Source of the DNA: Klebsormidium nitens
Lineage: Eukaryota > Plantae > Klebsormidiophyceae
Length of the DNA: 64,000 nt
Assembly (NCBI GenBank): GCA_000708835.1
Contig: DF237040.1
Coordinates: 1-64,000 of the forward strand
Reading direction: 5' to 3'
Shown here: in pieces, positions 60,782-64,000 of the stretch
Layout: every line of letters begins with the position of its first letter
Numbering within the stretch: the stretch's first letter is position 1
The notes under the pieces: generated by a model
The model's input: the letters and a program-made list of their open reading frames with translations, nothing else
What the model was told of the DNA's origin: nothing
Database searches by the model: none
Position numbers and translations under genes: made by a program

Positions 60782-63621
60782 AGCTCTTCTATCGAAGAGG
60801 ATATTGAAAAGTAGGGTAGAACAAGCATGGCAGGCAGTTCAGCTAAAGACAGTCTTCTTGCACTTGGTCATCCTTCTTGCACTTGGGAACTTTTTTCTAT
60901 GAGAAACTCCACTGTCTTGCGCTTGTGCAGAAATGAAATTCGAAGACTCTGCAGTGAACAGGTGTCTATAGTGTCAATCTGAGTCCTCAGAGCTGCCAAC
61001 CAAAACACTCCGTAGGCATGACTTTTGGCTGGTGTATTTCAAGTAGAATCAGTGCCAGATCCTGGTTCAAACTTTCACGTTACTCGCCGAAAGCCCATCA
61101 AAGAGGCCCTCATCTTTCAGCCTTAGCTTGAATCATTTCAAAGAACCCAGCGCTAACTTAGTTTTCAAAGCTCTCCTCCTCAAGTTCCCCATTCCCCACA
61201 TTATGCAAGGCGCTACACTATTTTTGGGAGAAGGCAGGAAGACTCTTGACTCTTGACCACTCAACTTGCAGCTGCCCCTTCCACAAACAATGACTGCAGG
61301 GGATCCCCATAAAGAAAGCCAGTGGACTCCCAAAATGTTTAGCTTCTGTTTAAGGGTGACACCCAGGAATAGCCACTCAAGATCAGCCACTCAAAACCTT
61401 GCCGTTGGCAGCTAACGATTGATCAATGTTCTAGCACTTGGTGAAAAGATTGGTGTTATGACAATGTGAGATTCTTAAACTCTCAGCACAAGACATGATG
61501 GCACTGTGGCGGTCAGGCAGCTGAAAGGCATCAGGTAGTGCAAACGCATTGTCGTTCTTGAAAATAAATGTTCCACTCACCTTGCAATCTTAGCGACCGA
61601 GCCATGTTTTATAGCCTCACTCAGCAGTCCTTCTTTTCAGAGTGTTGCCTATGGGCAGCTCAAACGTCCCCTTTTGGCTTTGACCAGCTTCCCTACTTGC
61701 ACTGGTGCCTCTATCTGATCTTTGTTATGTGATCTGTACAATCACAGCTTTGCTCTTCGAGAGCTTCTTGCCAAACGATGATCGAGTTTCTTCACGTTTT
61801 TCGGCTACTACCAATACTGGACTGTGACAAACTTTCTGCGTGATCAATCTCTGTGAAGGTCGGAGGAGGAGCGGCAGTCAATTGCGATCAAGGGCTGCTC
61901 CAAAAGTATCATATGCAAGCTCAAACGAGAGTGCAAAAAGTCTCTCGATCGGGCATTCAATGCACCTGTGAGAGCAATGTCCAAGGAAGAAGGAATGCAA
62001 ATGCACTCTTATGATAACAGGGTTCCAGCTCTGAGCTCTGCATCCATATGCACAAGCTTGCTAGCGAGAGGACACCACATGCACAGACGTGAGCAAACTT
62101 GCAGTCTGGACGGCAAAAGAAGGAGAGGCGCACCGATCGAACCTTCTGCATGAACATTGCGCAACTGATACGGTATGCACGCCGTGGCGTGGTGTCCAGG
62201 TCCTCGGAACCGAATGCCTGGCCGGTGGAGACTCCCGGGCAAACATGTACCCCGCTGCATCGTTGATTGGATTTGCTGCTTCCATGTGATTGTCCGATGA
62301 GGCGCTGGATAGCCCGGTGATCCTCCGGGAGAGCATGCACGTGCGCGTCATGCTTCAGACCAGATGCACTGCACCTACCACACTGCGGTGCCAAAGTTTC
62401 CAGTCGACTCAATGATTGGAATAGGAGGCGGAACTAAATGCTGGTGTCAGAACGAGCTCGGCCGTACGGCCTTCCGGCTTTTTGCCAAATTGTGCAACTA
62501 TAGCATCCGAAGCGCGGCCGCGGCTTGGACGGTCACCGTTGGGGGCGGCCGGGCCGCCCGCGGGCGCCGGACAGGCCGCGCTCACTGTATAGTATATGCA
62601 CTTCCTCTCACCAACTTAGATTACAACAACAACAACGATATAAACAATAGTTCGCTGGCCAAGCCAACTCAAAGTCGGGCAGTGAGTGCCACAGCACCTC
62701 AGATACTAGCATGTCGAGCGGGAGGGGCATGAGTCGCATGACGCATCAAAGATGCTGCATGTGCATGGTACTAACAATATTCATGCCCGGTTCGATGCAA
62801 ACGATCGAAAGAATCAATCCTGAGTTCTGAAAATGCTTTCAATCAATATGCGCGCCGGCCCGCGACAAAACAGTGCGCTAGATCCAATTTCATCATGTGT
62901 GGTATAGGGTAGTACGCGACTACACCAAATTGCTTCTTTTGAGCATGTGCAGCTAGCTTAGTTTGCAATAGCGCGTGGCCAAATGGCACCCAAATAAGTT
63001 GACCTAGCCCTTTGGCTAGTGCAGATTTGGCGCTGCACTTGATTGCATTAACATACATACCGAGCTGCATGACCATCGGCCCCTTTGTACAATCGCATGT
63101 TGGAGTGGAATACGAGCTTCCAACGTGGTACGTGGGAACCTAGACTCAACAGTGACAGAAGTTTTTTGATGCATCAGATCGCCAACATGACAGAAGTCGA
63201 GCCAAGCGACCAAAGGCGTCTTGTATGGTTCCGAAAGTAGCTAAAGAAATGCTCCATCACTCTCGAGTGCGCTACTTGGCGCACAGATGGGGACCCTATA
63301 CTGACCCTATATCGACCCTATATCGTACATTTTGAAGCAGGACACGAACCCTCTCCGCCCCCTCTATCCGTCTTTGGTTCACAGTCTCGAGCTCCGGCCC
63401 CCACAACCCCATTCTTATTTCTTCTGCCGACCTTGTTCCGGAACCCCCCTCAAGGGGCAACCGACAACCCTCCCAACCGAATCCCCCGACCCCTCTCCGA
63501 GTGTCAAACTACGACTCGCCGCACGCATCCCCCAAACCCTCTCAGGGCTTGACCGAGACCTCCCGACCGCCCCCCCAAACCCCTAAAAACGGCCTCCCAA
63601 CCGCGTCCCCCGGGGGATCCC

Positions 63622-63882
63622 TCAAAGCGCATACGGCGACCTCCCGAGCTCCACGTCCTTGGCCGGGTCCGGCGCGTCACTGTACTTGGCCCGCATCTGG
63701 TCGCCCAAAATCTGCGCCTTGGATTGTTGGCGCTCTTCATTATCGCGGCCCTTCCATGGCACCCAGCCCCGCTTGGGCGGCAAGTGCTTGAAGCGGCGCC
63801 CGGTGGCCGGGTCGATCTTGTCCACCGGGAGCGGCGCGCGCTGACAGCTGTACACCATGCACGCGAGCACGAACGCCACGGC
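63622..63882 (-). CDS. Terminal exon of a membrane-protein gene that starts beyond the window end
   Basis: Acceptor CTCTGCAG| is followed by AVAFVLACMVYSCQRAPLPVDKIDPATGRRFKHLPP...SPYAL* (261 nt, high GC3), which reads as the end of a TM segment plus a cytoplasmic tail. Family unknown. Confidence 0.65.
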   Translation of the reverse strand, partial: AVAFVLACMVYSCQRAPLPVDKIDPATGRRFKHLPPKRGWVPWKGRDNEERQQSKAQILGDQMRAKYSDAPDPAKDVELGRSPYAL

Positions 63883-64000
63883 CTGCAGAGCAAAGAATGC
63901 AAATCGAAGATGAGACACGAGGGTCAAATCCCCTTAAGGGTACCTTAAAATTATTCTTAGGGATGCACGTGTTGGTGATGCTAAGAGCTGTACACAAAAG

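Noticed and set aside
61100-63300. Short ORFs including 61957..62412
   Set aside because: No motifs, splice-consistent chain or coding bias.

Overview
Intron-rich eukaryotic nuclear DNA of plant type. A streptophyte alga such as Klebsormidium is inferred from gene content and style, not proven. Left half: a tandem pair of intronless 4-TM membrane-protein genes (one intact, one pseudogene), a 4-exon Ohr peroxidase with a mitochondrial-like presequence, a 9-exon Rab1/RabD GTPase, a NARA5-like plastid pfkB kinase, and a roughly 11-exon EGY-like M50 (S2P) protein lacking HExxH. Right half: an accessory zone with TE-like relics and six EID1-like (EDL) F-box genes in three head-to-head pairs. The two minus-strand members whose 3' ends survive end in a coiled coil plus an SHI/SRS-type zinc finger (the third is 3'-truncated), and the plus-strand members end in a basic tail. 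Every copy carries a frameshift or nonsense lesion as assembled. A strongly conserved second copy of the EGY-like last exon lies 12.8 kb downstream of the gene. The window ends with a Pro/Ala/Lys-rich single-pass HRGP-like gene and the last exon of a gene running off the window. Several introns contain tandem copies of their own splice junctions. No rRNA, tRNA or CRISPR array was recognised. Exon coordinates were derived by hand from GT/AG sites, reading phase and remembered family motifs; no database search was run.
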